DNA of 64,000 nucleotides, from the NCBI RefSeq assembly GCF_006345805.1, contig NC_043014.1:1922001-1986000 (forward strand), read 5' to 3'. Origin of the DNA: Octopus sinensis. Its lineage: Eukaryota. Positions 41,621-54,927 of the stretch are shown piece by piece; position 1 is the stretch's first letter, and every line of letters begins with the position of its first letter. Position numbers and translations under genes: made by a program. The notes below the pieces were generated by a model. It made no database searches. It worked only from the letters and a program-made list of their open reading frames with translations, and was not told the DNA's origin.

Positions 41621-42580
41621 TCACTGCCAAAGTAATAAAATTATTTCCTTCCGATTTTGGCACAGATCCAGCAATTTTTAGAAGAGAATGTATGTAGATT
41701 ACACCAACCCCATTGCTTGACTGCTCCCTTATTTTCTCAACTCTGAAGGGACAAAGTGCAAAGTTGACCTTGGCAACATTTTCACTCAAAACAGCCCGAA
41801 GAAATGCCTCCGAACACTTATTAACACTTCATGCCTTGAAGCATGCAAAGTTTATAATAAGTATCTTGAATGATTTTTCGGTAATTTCTAGTCAGAGTAT
41901 CTTTAAAAAATCCACTTCTTGTTATTTATTGAAACACGAAGCAAAACAGGCTTCTGATTGCCGAGTCGGTAAAGTGTTGGATAGAATATCATACAATAGA
42001 CATTTTGGCACTCTGCGTTCGAATTCCACTGCGGTCAGCTTTGTTGATCAGTTTCTCGGAGCCGATAAATAAAGAACCAGTTAAGCATTGGCGTCGGTTC
42101 TTCACTTTTTACCATATCGCTCTCTTGATTTCCTTCTGGAAGATATTTCGCAACGATTAGATTTAAAGGAGCGAGTGGATTCCACTATGTCTAGAATATC
42201 GCAGATACGTGGTATTTCACGATGGCGTCCCTACGATTGCGTCAGGAGATGAAAAAATCTAGAAAGAAAAGAAAAGAAAAGAAAAGAAAAGCAAACAACA
42301 ATTATAAACTACAAAAAAATTTACCAATTTTCTGCAAAAATGTCACATATTCTGCGCTCTTCTTTCACAGGATTTGCAGTTAAGAATCAAGTCTTGTTCC
42401 TCTTTTGGGGTTCTAGTCTAAAATATTAATTCTGACTGCTTAAAAAAAGAAATTGAAAAGAAACCATTATTCTCTCAGATAATGAGGGACAGCATCCACA
42501 ATGTTGGCAGCTTCTCATCATGGACTACTGAGACAAATACAAATACATCAAATATGTGCGGTGTGCGTGTTTGTATACAG

Positions 42581-42629
<49 letters not shown>

Positions 42630-43072
42630 TAAATTAGAGACAAAACCACTATTAGGCAAATCAAACAATGAAAAACTTAATCCAATACATAATATTATTT
42701 AATTTATATTATTTAAATATATAACAAAATTATTAAAAAAATATAATTAATATATAAACAAGGGCAAAAGAAAATTATTTCTATGCCAATATGCTTATAA
42801 TAGACTTTTAAATCGTCAATTTCCACATATTATTATATACCCACTACAGAAATACGTTGTGCTGAAGTTGAGGAAAGCTAGCCAACATAATTTTAAAAAA
42901 AAAGTTTGTTATTTCTATATTGAATCAGTTTCGAAATTAATCTCATAATATATTTTTTCCTCTTCTGTAGAAAATACGACTAGAAATAAATGAAATACTT
43001 ACATGCGCCCATGGGAAAAAAATTCATGAAAAAAACTTCATCCTATATTAGTATACATACATACATACATAC

Positions 43073-43155
<83 letters not shown>

Positions 43156-43289
43156 ATATATATATATATATTAATATAAATTTATATCTACTAAACTGTT
43201 GTTATACATGAGATGCGAAAAGACTGTTTAGCTTTGCTTAAGAGAGAACAATAATAAATAGAATTAATTTACAGTAAAAAAAAAAGCGA

Positions 43290-43527
43290 TATATATGTTT
43301 ATAGTGATCAAATGTTTGTGTAGACATAAGCTCACTCCGTCCATGAGATCGACATTACCTGTACAGGTGGAACTAGGTGCCACGTGTGAGATGTCGAAAT
43401 GATTGCAGAGCAACGTGAAATGAAGTGCTTTGCTCAAGAAAACAACACAACGCCCGGTCTGGAAATCGAACCAACGATCTCGCAATCATCAGTGCAATAC
43501 CTTAACCACTAAGCCATGCGCCTTCAC
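43290..43527 (-). mobile_element. tRNA-derived SINE (D-related head, different 3-prime part)
   Basis: Head ggcgcatggcttagtggttaagg, ggttcgatttcc B box and ttgagcaaagcacttcatttcac. Confidence 0.7.
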
Positions 43528-43577
43528 ACACACGCATACACACAACACACACGCATACATACATACATCATACATAC

Positions 43578-43622
<45 letters not shown>

Positions 43623-43623
43623 T

Positions 43624-43656
<33 letters not shown>

Positions 43657-44704
43657 TCGTATATACGATGGGCTTCTTTCAGTTTCCGTTTACCAAATTC
43701 ACTCACAAAGCTTTAGTCGGCCCGAGGCTATAGTAGAAGACACTTTCCCAATGTGTCGCGCAGTGGAACTGAACTCGGAACCATGTGGTTGGGAAGCAAG
43801 CTTCTTACCACACAGTCACTTCTGCGCCTATGTGTATTCCGAATTCCTAAAATCACTGACAATTCCTTAAAGAACCAATCCAACGTTAAACGTATTGGAA
43901 CCTCGCTTTACGTTACAAATTGTTTCATAACAAAAAATAATCTTTTACTTTTACAACCCATCTCGCTCTTCTTTTGTCTGTAGTTTTTCAGCGCATCTTC
44001 TGCCAATAAGAAACCATCCATTTATATTCACATATTCCTCTGGGAATATTCACATATTCTAGCAGGGGAGGCTTCACCGACTTAATAAATGGAAGAGTTG
44101 AAAAATAATCTGTTACAAACGGTGGGGGACATACAATGCCGCATTTACTAGCACATAATTCAGGTTTTTTTAAAAAATATTTTTATATGCATCAAAATTT
44201 TCCCTGCTTCTAACACGGTTGTATTACAAATGGGAGAAATGGGAGACCGTGTGCTATAGTCTAGGGAGCCTGTTGAGCACAATCCGCAAGGTACAATAAC
44301 TGTTACTAATAATAAAATATTGGAAGCAAACCAAATCATCACAGATTGTTGCACAAATTTACGAAAAATTTTTTAGGAGATGTCGACAGTTATGTGGAAG
44401 CGACATATCCTTTTATTACGCCTCCTTCTCTAGCATACATAACATTTATAACGCCTGATATATGTCTTACATTCTTTAATGGATCAGTTACATTTTAGAA
44501 ACATTTAAAAATATCTAAATGAAAATTCTCTTACAGAGATGAAAGGAATGTTAATGTCTAATTTGCAACGAGTGGATGACACCAAAAACATAACGGTGGA
44601 GCGTCACCCTAATGGGTGATTGCAGTTGCACAAAACACCACAGCCAGAGACATGAGTCTCACATCCAGTATCGTAATTGACCAAAACAGATACAATACAG
44701 ATAC

Positions 44705-45058
44705 GGGTTCAGTCCCACTGCGTGGCATCTTGGGCAAGTGTCTTCTGCTATAGCCCCGGACCGACCAATGCCTTGTGAGTGGATTTGGTAGACGGAAACT
44801 GAAAGAAGCCTGTCGTATATATGTATATATATGTATGTGTGTGTTTGTGTGTCTGTGTTTATCCCCCTAGCATCGCTTGACAACCGATGCTGGTGTGTTT
44901 ACGTCCCCGTCACTTAGCGGTTCGGCAAAAAAGAGATCGATAGAATAAGTACTGGGCTTACAAAGAATAAGTCCCGGGATCGAGTTCCTCGATTAAAGGC
45001 GGTGCTCCAGCATGGCCACAGTCAAATGACTGAAACAAGTAAAAGAGAAAAAAAGAGA
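44705..45058 (+). mobile_element. SINE family B, 5-prime truncated
   Basis: Starts at gggttcagtccc and is otherwise collinear. Confidence 0.85.
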
Positions 45059-46369
45059 AATTATAAAGTTGATCTGAAAGAAGATATAGTTGAAATATGG
45101 TACTGCTGTAATGCAGTTTTATCTATGATAAAATTATGGTTTCATACATTATTCCAGTCTATTATAACGTCACTTTAAAATATATTCCGATAGATGTATG
45201 ATCAAGCATATTAAAGTTGTTGTTGTTTTTCTACAAAATGTATTTGTAGAATAAGGGTGCATCTAAATGGATGTACCCCCATTGCTTTACAGCCAAGAGG
45301 TCCCGGATTCGATCCTACAGCGTTGAATTTTGGACAGACGTAATTTTTTTAGTTCCGGGTCACTTCATATTTTGCGAATGAAAGAGAATAGCTGGAAACT
45401 GTACGGAAGCCTGTCAGATGCATTATATTGTTAATTAAAAAAAGTACAGTCTTGTCCTACACTGTACCACTCTAATTCTGTCAGAGAATTACGTGAAGGG
45501 TACACGTGCCTGCGGAATACTCAACCACTTACAAATTAATTTGGGGGTAGATAATTCAGTTAATCGAACAACTGATTCTTCATTGTCGAAATCGTCGGAG
45601 AACCATCCATCTATCCCTCTATCGATTTAATTTATCGATCACTGGAAAGATGAAAAGGCAAAGCTAGCTCCGGCGGGATTAGAACTCAGAGCATAAAGGA
45701 TCAGAACGAACACGGTATGACATTCCAACAACATCGTCGAACAAACATTTCACTAAAACACTGAACTAACTTTTTTTTTACCATAAATAAACAATAAATA
45801 ATAACAAAACAAGAATATAATAAAAACATGTCTAACCATCATAGCATTCGAAAAAAGCCATTTATTCATCTCATGTTTTCCAAAACTACCCGCACGCCAC
45901 CCCGTTTTTTACCTTGAACACGACTAAATGTCGCTCTTTGTCTCTCTTGTCAGAAAATTGTAATAAATTGTTAGCAATCATCCACCCCGCCCGAGATGCC
46001 AAACAACAATCTCAAGTATTCACAGGTTTCCACAAGGCCCTTTTTGGCTGGCCATGATTTATAACCCCTGCATGCCATTCCAGCCTCCACCCTTCATGCG
46101 AGAATTGTTAAATAAATCTTAAATGCGGCCAATTCGGAACCGTCATCACAGTTTCGTTTACTTGTGTAATCGATGTCCTTGAGAATAACACGGGCATCAT
46201 TTCGTTTCTTCCGTGTACGTTTGATGAATATTAAGCCCCCACCCTGATGTAGAGTTGGGTAGATGTTGGTAATGGTTGACTGCGTTATTTTTTTTCATCG
46301 GAGTACATCATTCCACTTGGCTCCAGTTAATGTGGTTTTGGAGAAGGTTCTTTGCAAAATATGTCATAA

Positions 46370-47200
46370 GAGGTGGTAAAAGTTACCTGCGAAATTAATA
46401 CGTCGTGAACAGTGCTAAAAGTTACTTACGACATAGTTATGTCATAACCAATGGTTAAGAAACTTACCGGTGATATAGATATAGCATAAACTGTGGTAAA
46501 AAGTTATTTACAAAATATTTAAGTTAATATCAATGGTTAAGTTCTATTGTGTCTGGGGAGAGTCATTTTCTTTTAGTGCCTTATAATCTAACACACTCAC
46601 CGGTAAAATTTCCACTTTTTTCTAATTTTTATTTTCCTAAAATTTTCGAAGCGTCTTGCAACCTTTTCAATAGTTTTGCAAGACGCAACGGAAATTTTAG
46701 GAAAATAAAAATAAGAAAAAAGTGGAAATTTTACCGGTGAGTGTGTTAAATCATAAGGCACTAAAAGAGAGTGACTCTCCCCAGACACAACAGAATATGC
46801 TTCAATACACGAACTCATATAAAGAATCTTGCAAACCAAATCCAAAAACGAAATACAATGGTTAAGTGTTTCCTGCAAAATACTTAGACCATAATAATGA
46901 AAAGCTATTAACGACGTACATGTGTCATAACCAGTGATAAAAGAGTTACCTGCGAAATAATTAGGCCGTAAGCAGTGGTAAGAAGTTATTCACAAAATAC
47001 TCGTGTTATAACTAATGATAAAATGCTACCTGCAAAATATATGCATCATAAATAAGGCCAAAAGTTATTTAGAAAATACTTACATCATAGCCAGACGTAA
47101 AGAGTTAACTGCGAAATACATAAGCAAAAGTAATCCGCAAAATACCTATATGACTGGTGGTAAAACGTTTCCTAAGGTACGTCATAACCCATGGTACATC
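46370..47200. repeat. Old degenerate minisatellite (~40-bp unit), interrupted by foldback family 1
   Basis: Recurring gtcataacc...tg(g/a)taaaa.agtta(c/t)...cgaaata units. Confidence 0.6.
46543..46855. mobile_element. Foldback element family 1, copy 2
   Basis: Homologous to 60-380 with the tail on the opposite side. Flanked by the 12-bp direct repeat caatggttaagt (46531-46542, 46856-46867) and inserted in a minisatellite. Confidence 0.7.
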
Positions 47201-47614
47201 ACCTTAAGTCATCGTCCTTATTTGGGGTTTTTTAAACCAACGTACACACGAGGATAAACAGACAATATTTTCAATATTTATTTAAATTTTCGCTGCAATG
47301 TTTTCACAAAAGTTCGTTTAGTTTTTCCTTTTTTATTCTTTCTCTAAAACTCGTTTAAATTAATTTTCTGCGCATATTATTTCATCCGTTTTTTTTTATT
47401 TTTTAAGACGAAATTATTTGCTGATAAGTTTGGGTAAAATTATTTATTTTACAAGGGAAGAATTCGTTTAGCATTGCAAAATCTGGAAATGGTATTTTCG
47501 CATGGCTAAATTCATTTTACAGATGAATGAGTTACACAGATCGGCAACATATATCTACACAGAAAAATAATAAACCCCTGTTTTCATTTTATTTTATGAG
47601 TGCGTACTTGTGTG

Positions 47615-47657
<43 letters not shown>

Positions 47658-47984
47658 GTGTGCGTGTGTGTGTGTGAGTGTGCGCTTGGATGATTGTTTG
47701 TAAAAGCTTATCATTATTTTTGATCGAAGATGATATATTACGATCAGAACATCCGAGAGAAAGATAGGGTTGTTATCCAAGCGAATGCTGGATAATACTT
47801 GGGAAGCTGCCTATGATAAGATAACTTGCTGAGGGTGACAACGGAACAGATGTTGAAAGTAAAGATCTCAGGAAATCATAGATTTTTAAGTTTGCTAGCA
47901 TTCTCTATATATAGACCAAAAGAGTACACAACTTATACAACACATAATTACGATCATATATACATATAGATATATATATATATA

Positions 47985-48071
<87 letters not shown>

Positions 48072-48104
48072 TTACGTACGCCGAAACACATCGATATACA
48101 AATA

Positions 48105-48175
48105 CGGTAGTCCTCGACTATCGCAGGTGTTAGTTCCAAAAACCGCGATAGCTGAAAATCCGCGAAGTAGAAACA
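48105..48175 (+). mobile_element. pogo/Tigger-like left-end remnant
   Basis: TA-cggtagtcctcgactatcgc...ccgcgatagctgaaaatccgcgaagtagaaac resembles pogo/Tigger-type termini from recall. No matching right end seen. Confidence 0.4.
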
Positions 48176-48205
48176 GTACTGTGCTATATATTTCTTTTTA
48201 TTATT

Positions 48206-48247
<42 letters not shown>

Positions 48248-48271
48248 ATCGTTTGTAGAAAAAGATGTAGA

Positions 48272-48460
48272 GCAGTGAATATAATAAAGGGGAGGTCGTT
48301 TTATGGTGTTATCCTGGGTTTCCCGTCCGTAAAGGTTTTGGCGTTACATCGTTTCTAGGCCAGCAGGTTTTGGGGTCTGACGATACGCTGCAAGGCAAAT
48401 CCCTTACGGATGGGAAACCCAAGTAACCCCATAAGCCGGCCTCCCCCATTATGACATTGC

Positions 48461-48461
<1 letters not shown>
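48272..48461. mobile_element. Degenerate foldback element family 3 with hammerhead motif
   Basis: Imperfect inverted arms, about 48272-48335 vs 48401-48461 (ttatggtgttatcctgggtttcccgtccgtaa vs the reverse complement of ttacggatgggaaacccaagtaaccccataa), flanked by (TA)n. Confidence 0.6.
48371..48431 (+). ncRNA. Type-I hammerhead ribozyme motif (canonical CUGACGA core, stem II base damaged)
   Basis: tggggt-CTGACGA-[stem II with aagg/cctt]-GAAAC-ccaa-GTA/acccca: 6-bp stem I and a GUA triplet. Basal stem II pairs are disrupted. Confidence 0.55.
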
Positions 48462-48487
<26 letters not shown>

Positions 48488-48492
<5 letters not shown>

Positions 48493-48663
48493 AGCATAAG
48501 GTTTAGCAACGAGTTGCCTTACCACATACCGAATTTAGAATAGCAGTCAAAGGGTTATAGCTATTTCTTCTACTAGTAGAAGAAATAGCTATAACCCTTG
48601 ACTGCTATTTCTAAATCGGTATGTGGTAAGGCAACTCGTTGCTAAACCCTTATTGCTTAGTAT
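48488..48663. repeat. Near-perfect spacerless palindrome (about 176 bp)
   Basis: Centre TACT|AGTA at 48574/48575. The arms differ only by single-base indels, mostly in homopolymers. Confidence 0.9.
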
Positions 48664-48777
48664 TACTTAAATTTTCCTCGAATGAGGCTTTTACATGCCG
48701 AACGAACTACTTGGTGTAATTGATAATTTTTCCAAATAATTAATTTCACCCTTCATTATTACGGATTATATATATAT

Positions 48778-48835
<58 letters not shown>

Positions 48836-49042
48836 GTGTGTGAGTGGTGTATTTACACGAGCAAACACATCAACATACATATACACATATCCATAGAGTG
48901 TGTGTGTATGCGAGGATGTATATGTGAGTGTATGTATGTATGTGTGTGCATATGTTTATGGACCACACACAAACACGTCGATATATATGCACACGTCTTA
49001 CAAATGTGGTGTACATATGTGTGTATCTGTAAGTATATGAGT

Positions 49043-49104
<62 letters not shown>

Positions 49105-49128
49105 ATATATATATTATATATATATATA

Positions 49129-49259
49129 CAGGGGGTCCCAAAAAAATGTATACACATAGTGGTTCGGCAAAAGAGAACGATAGAACAAGTACTAGGCTTA
49201 CAAAGAATAACAAATTTACAATTATTTAAGGGGTGTATACATTTTTTTGGGACACCCTG
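49129..49259. mobile_element. 131-bp Tc1/mariner-type MITE carrying a SINE fragment
   Basis: 27-bp TIRs with one mismatch (cagggggtcccaaaaaaatgtatacac / gtgtatacatttttttgggacaccctg), TA on both sides. The interior 49158-49210 matches the SINE B 3-prime half. Confidence 0.85.
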
Positions 49260-49770
49260 TATATATATCTATATATATATTTATATATATATATGATGCA
49301 AGTTTGTGTGTGTATGTGTTTGTATGTAAGTGGAGATGAGCTTGTGCATTTCGTACTTGTCTGAAAACTCGTGTCAGTGAAGGGCGGGAGGGTCACAGTC
49401 AATTAACGTAACAACATAATGTCAGCGGGAGTTCGTTGATCGAGCATTTAGCTACCGCGGGGATCAAAGAGAGAATCAGGTCCCGGCGGGATTCGAACTC
49501 ACAAACATGACACTCCAATTAAAATAGAGTAAAGCGTTTACAACGTAACCTTGTCGAATGATCGACGAGAGACAAAAGGCACGCACGTACACACACAACA
49601 CACAATTACATACACACTCACATACACCCAAAGAAGGAAATAGACACGCGCAACAGAGACATAGTACATGAATTTATATATATATATATATATATCTATA
49701 TAATATATATATATATTAATATATATATATATATGTATATATATGTATGTATATATATATGTATACATAC

Positions 49771-49868
<98 letters not shown>

Positions 49869-51164
49869 ATATATATATATAGTATACATACATACATATA
49901 TATAGATATATATATATTATATATATGTATGTATATATGTGTTGTATGTATGTAATATATATATATAGATATATATATATATATATAATATATAATATAT
50001 AATATCTAATGTATGTATGTGTAATTTATTTGCTGATGGCTATGTGAATGCGCCTGCGCACTTGATTTGAATACATAATGTTATAAAAGATGTAGATCGC
50101 ACGTGTTTCTTCGGTACGTATTACTGCTACATAATTAGGCATTGTTTTAGCGATTCCACTGACGAACTACGGATAGCAAATTAATTTATTTGCTAATTAA
50201 TAGGGAAACTCGAGTATGGGATTAACTAAAAATGATAATTCTTTTTTTATAGTGCTTTATCGACGTGCCTTTAGAATTACTTTTTCGTGGTTGGGTTTAA
50301 CTGCTCTTTTTAGGATGAAAGAATTCCTGCCATGGGTTTTCTCCCTGTGTATATATATATATCTATATACAATCATATATACATACTTACATACACACAT
50401 ACATACATACATACATACATACATACATACATACATACATACATACATACATACATACATACATACATACATACATACATACATGCATGCATACATACAT
50501 ACATATATATTCAATCAAGAATCTTAATCACAACTGTCCTACGAACAGGAACGTGAACTATTGAGCAGCAGTTTCTGCTACTTTTTGCAGCTATAATAAA
50601 TAAGCATATATACTATATTTTCTTCGAAAAGCTGGATCCTTTTGAAGCGTAGCCAGTTTCACGTTGCCAGTTGCCCGAAATATTAAAGGGAGGAAGCAGC
50701 GTGACAATATGCGAACAAAAATATTCGTGAACTTATCGAAATATGATTAGTATTCAGCATTTAAGTTGTCAGAATGAAAGAGAAGACACTCGAACATACA
50801 TCACACGACCTTCTATCCAACTGTTACTCTCGCAACACACAATATATCCAAATATCCATACGCAAAACGCATAATACATTCATGTCTCCATCATCCCATA
50901 TATAAGATGTACATTAAGCCTTTCATCGTTAAATGGCAGAATATATTTCTTTCTCCTTCAATTTATGACCAAGTTGCTATTGTGAAATATTCTAATGGTT
51001 ATTCATTGAGTGTTTGCGAGAATACACTAAGTCGTCGATCATACATAATATATTGTTTTTAACACAACGCGTTCATGAAGAGATTTTCACTCTAAACAAA
51101 CACCAGAGCATAGTATGATGCACAGATAGCTATTTGCATTCAATGTAGTTTCAATCACATTCAC

Positions 51165-51200
<36 letters not shown>

Positions 51201-51219
51201 ATCTATCTATCTATCTATG

Positions 51220-51265
<46 letters not shown>

Positions 51266-51340
51266 ATATTATCTATCTATATAGTTAATCTATAGATGTA
51301 TGTATGTATGTATGTAGTATGTGAGGTATGTATGTATCCG

Positions 51341-51389
<49 letters not shown>

Positions 51390-51428
51390 GTATAATATAT
51401 ATATATAGATATTATATATATATACATA

Positions 51429-51650
51429 CATGTGGGAGTACTGAAAGGTCCTGACTTTGAGGGTATTGCGAAAGATCCGGCTGGAAGCCCAACCTTCCGT
51501 GTTCTTTCACAAGGCTTAAAAAACCTAAAGACCGCTGCAATAAACGAGTGAATCTAAGAAGGGGAATGAATATGTTGGATAAAATCATAACTGATTTTCC
51601 TGCATTTTCTTTGACCCAAAGCCAGGAACTTTCAGCATCCCCCACTCACG
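51429..51650 (+). mobile_element. Mariner internal-deletion derivative (MITE)
   Basis: Imperfect TIRs of about 30 bp (...ctgaaaggtcctgactttg / caaagccaggaactttcag...) flanked by TA. The interior resembles a decayed mariner transposase C-terminus (QGL...DRCNK.VNL.RG). Confidence 0.7.
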
Positions 51651-51686
51651 TATTTATGTATGTATGTTTGCGTGCACACACACACA

Positions 51687-51746
<60 letters not shown>

Positions 51747-52230
51747 GACACACACATACATACGTATATATGTGTGGTTGTATGAGGAGATTGAGAGGAG
51801 GGAACAAGAAGGAAATAGAGAACGAGAGAGACGTGCGGTTCGAACATTACGTGCTTTACGACACGTAGAAGGAGATGGAGAGAGAGAGAGATAGAGAGAG
51901 AGAAAGTGTGTGAGAGTGAGAGGGAGAGTGAAAGAGAGAGATTGAAAGGATATACAAGAAAGTGAGCGGAAGGAAGAGATGGAGAAAGCGCTCGTGATGT
52001 CTTGGACACAATATAAACAATTTCTATATTGTGAATCGAAAGGAGAGATTTGAAAACTATATCTCCTAAGTGATGTTATGGAGTCTCAGTAACAACAACA
52101 CTAAAATGTTTTATAAACACATACACTCACACATCACAATCGATGTGTTGGATTGTCTGTTTCTGTCAGTCTGTCAATTAATGTCTCTTCTGTCTCTCTC
52201 TTTCTGTGTGTTGTGTGTATATATATATAC

Positions 52231-52266
<36 letters not shown>

Positions 52267-52353
52267 ATATATATATATATAATATATATACATATATATC
52301 TATATATTATATATATATATATATAATATTATATAGATATATATATATAATAG

Positions 52354-52384
<31 letters not shown>

Positions 52385-52443
52385 ATAATATATATAGATA
52401 TAGATATATATATATATTTAATATATATATATACATATATATA

Positions 52444-52485
<42 letters not shown>

Positions 52486-52683
52486 TATATATATACTTTT
52501 CTTAAGGCGACTCGCTGATGAAGCTAGCCTTAGCAAACATATTCTGTGTTTTGCTAGAAAGAAGCAGAAACCGCGGTTCGAGTTGTTAAAGTTATCGGTA
52601 AACGTTTTTGATTTTCACTCTCGATAAGTTCATCCCCTTTGTGTTCCCAGCACTCGGCATCTTAATTTAGGAGCCCTTAATTG

Positions 52684-52717
<34 letters not shown>

Positions 52718-53190
52718 GTAGTATATATGTTATATATATATGTATACGTATATATACAACACATATCTATATATGCCATATATATGTAGAAAGCATACAT
52801 GTATGATACATGCAAAAACCCTAACTTACACCGAAAATTGCTCGCTATTTACGCACCCACCCACCAATCCACAGACAGACACGTACAAGCACACACACAA
52901 TATACACAATATAACATATATACATATATACATATATATATACAAATAATATTTATATGTATATACATTCATTCGCACACGCATGTATATGCATAAACAC
53001 TCATTTGTAAATGTACATCCATACTTAAAAACGTAAAAATATGAGTGCGTGTATATATATATATATACACACACATATATATATAATATAACATATATAA
53101 ATATATATGTATATATATATGTATATATCTATCTATTATATCTATATATATATATATATTTAATCTATATATATATTATATATATATATA

Positions 53191-54708
53191 GGGGGGTAAT
53201 ATGCCCTATCCATAAGGGAGGTAGCAGAGCAGATGCTAAAAATTATAGGCCTATCTCTCTGACCTCACACATCAGCAAAGTCATGGAACGAATAGTCCGT
53301 AAGAAACTAATCATGTTCCTTGAAGAAAATGACTTACGTCTGACACCCAGCATGGATTTCGACCAGGTAGAGGCTGCCTAAACACAGCTCCTGCAACACT
53401 ATGACTGGGTGTTGAAACAGCTACTAAATGGCTCAAATGTGGATGTAATATATCTTGACTTTGCAAAAGCCTTTGATAAAGTCGACCATGGTATGATCTG
53501 TCACAAAACTGCGTGGTCTCGGCATAGGCGGGAAACTTGGAGAGTGGCTGCACAACTTCCTAAAGACAGAAAACAGGCAGTTGTGAGCAATGGAGCCACC
53601 TCCAGGGAAACGCAAATAACAAGCGGTGTCCCACAGGGGCACTGTCTTGGGGCCACTGATGTTCATAGTGGCCCTTTCAGACATGCCTTCAGTTGCTACG
53701 ATGACCACCCTTGCTAGCTATGCAGATGACACAAAGTCTCCCACGCAATACAAAACCTGAAAATATTGCGCATCTGCAACATGAGCTGGACACATATACA
53801 GGTGGGCTGAGGACAACAACATGCAGTTTAATGCAGGTAAGTTCCAGGCCCTGCGCTACTGGCACACAAAGGTAAATGACGTGAAGACTGGATACACTGG
53901 CCCAGGAGAATTGCAATCCCTGAGTCAAAATCAGTGGCGTGACCTGGGCATTGACATAGCAATGATGCATCTTTCCAAATGCATATTGCTAAATCTGGTG
54001 ATAAAATGCAGACGGCTAGCTGGATGGATTCTCCGAACTTTCAGAACAAGAGAGAAGGAGACACTGATGGTCCTATGGAAAACATTTGTCCTCAGCCGCT
54101 TGGACTACTGCTCCCAACTTTGGTCACCACACAATATAAAACAAACAGCAGAACTCGAAGCAACTCAGAGAAGCTACACAAAGAAAATCGTCTCAATGCA
54201 AATGTCAGCTACTGGGAAAGACTGAAGGTATTAAACCTCTTCTCCCTGGAGCGGAGGCGGGAGAGATATGCAGTGATATACATCTGGAAAATCCTGGAGG
54301 GTCTTGTCCCAAACTTTGGCATTCAAAGTTACTCCAACCGCAGAACGGGGCGCCGCTGCGTGGTGCCAAGGATTCCAACATCACCATCAAAAATACAGGT
54401 CCAGATACTGCAACAGCTTGGGTTTCAGAGGACCACAGCTCTTTAACATCCTCCCTAAATGCTGAGAGACTTACATGGTGTGGATGGGGTTTCTTTAAAA
54501 CTAAACTGGATCTCTTCTTGTTGGGAGTCCCAGATGAACCTACCTCACGACAGGAGACACGGATGCGGGCAGCAGCATCGAACTCCCTTGTTGATCAAGT
54601 GCCACGTATCAGAGGTGGATTCACAAACTAGTGTAGCTCATTCAGCGGTGGTGCCCCAGCATGGCCGCGACCTTCGGGCTAAAACATTTTAAGGATTTTA
54701 AGGATTTA
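53191..54708 (+). mobile_element. 5-prime-truncated CR1-group (CR1/L2-like) LINE, reverse transcriptase and 3-prime tail
   Basis: Frameshifted RT motifs KNYRPISLTSHISKVMERIV, VIYLDFAKAFDKVDH, SGVPQG, SYADDTK, RLDYCSQLWSP and YWERLKVLNLFSLERRR. Ends in tandem (tttaaggat) repeats. Confidence 0.92.
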
Positions 54709-54843
54709 TATGTATATCTATATATATAATATGTATATGTATATGTGTACTATATATGTATAATACATATGTATATATCTATATATATATGTATGTACAT
54801 ATGTATGTATATATTTATATATATATATATATATGTATATTAT

Positions 54844-54874
<31 letters not shown>

Positions 54875-54887
54875 CTATATATATATA

Positions 54888-54927
<40 letters not shown>

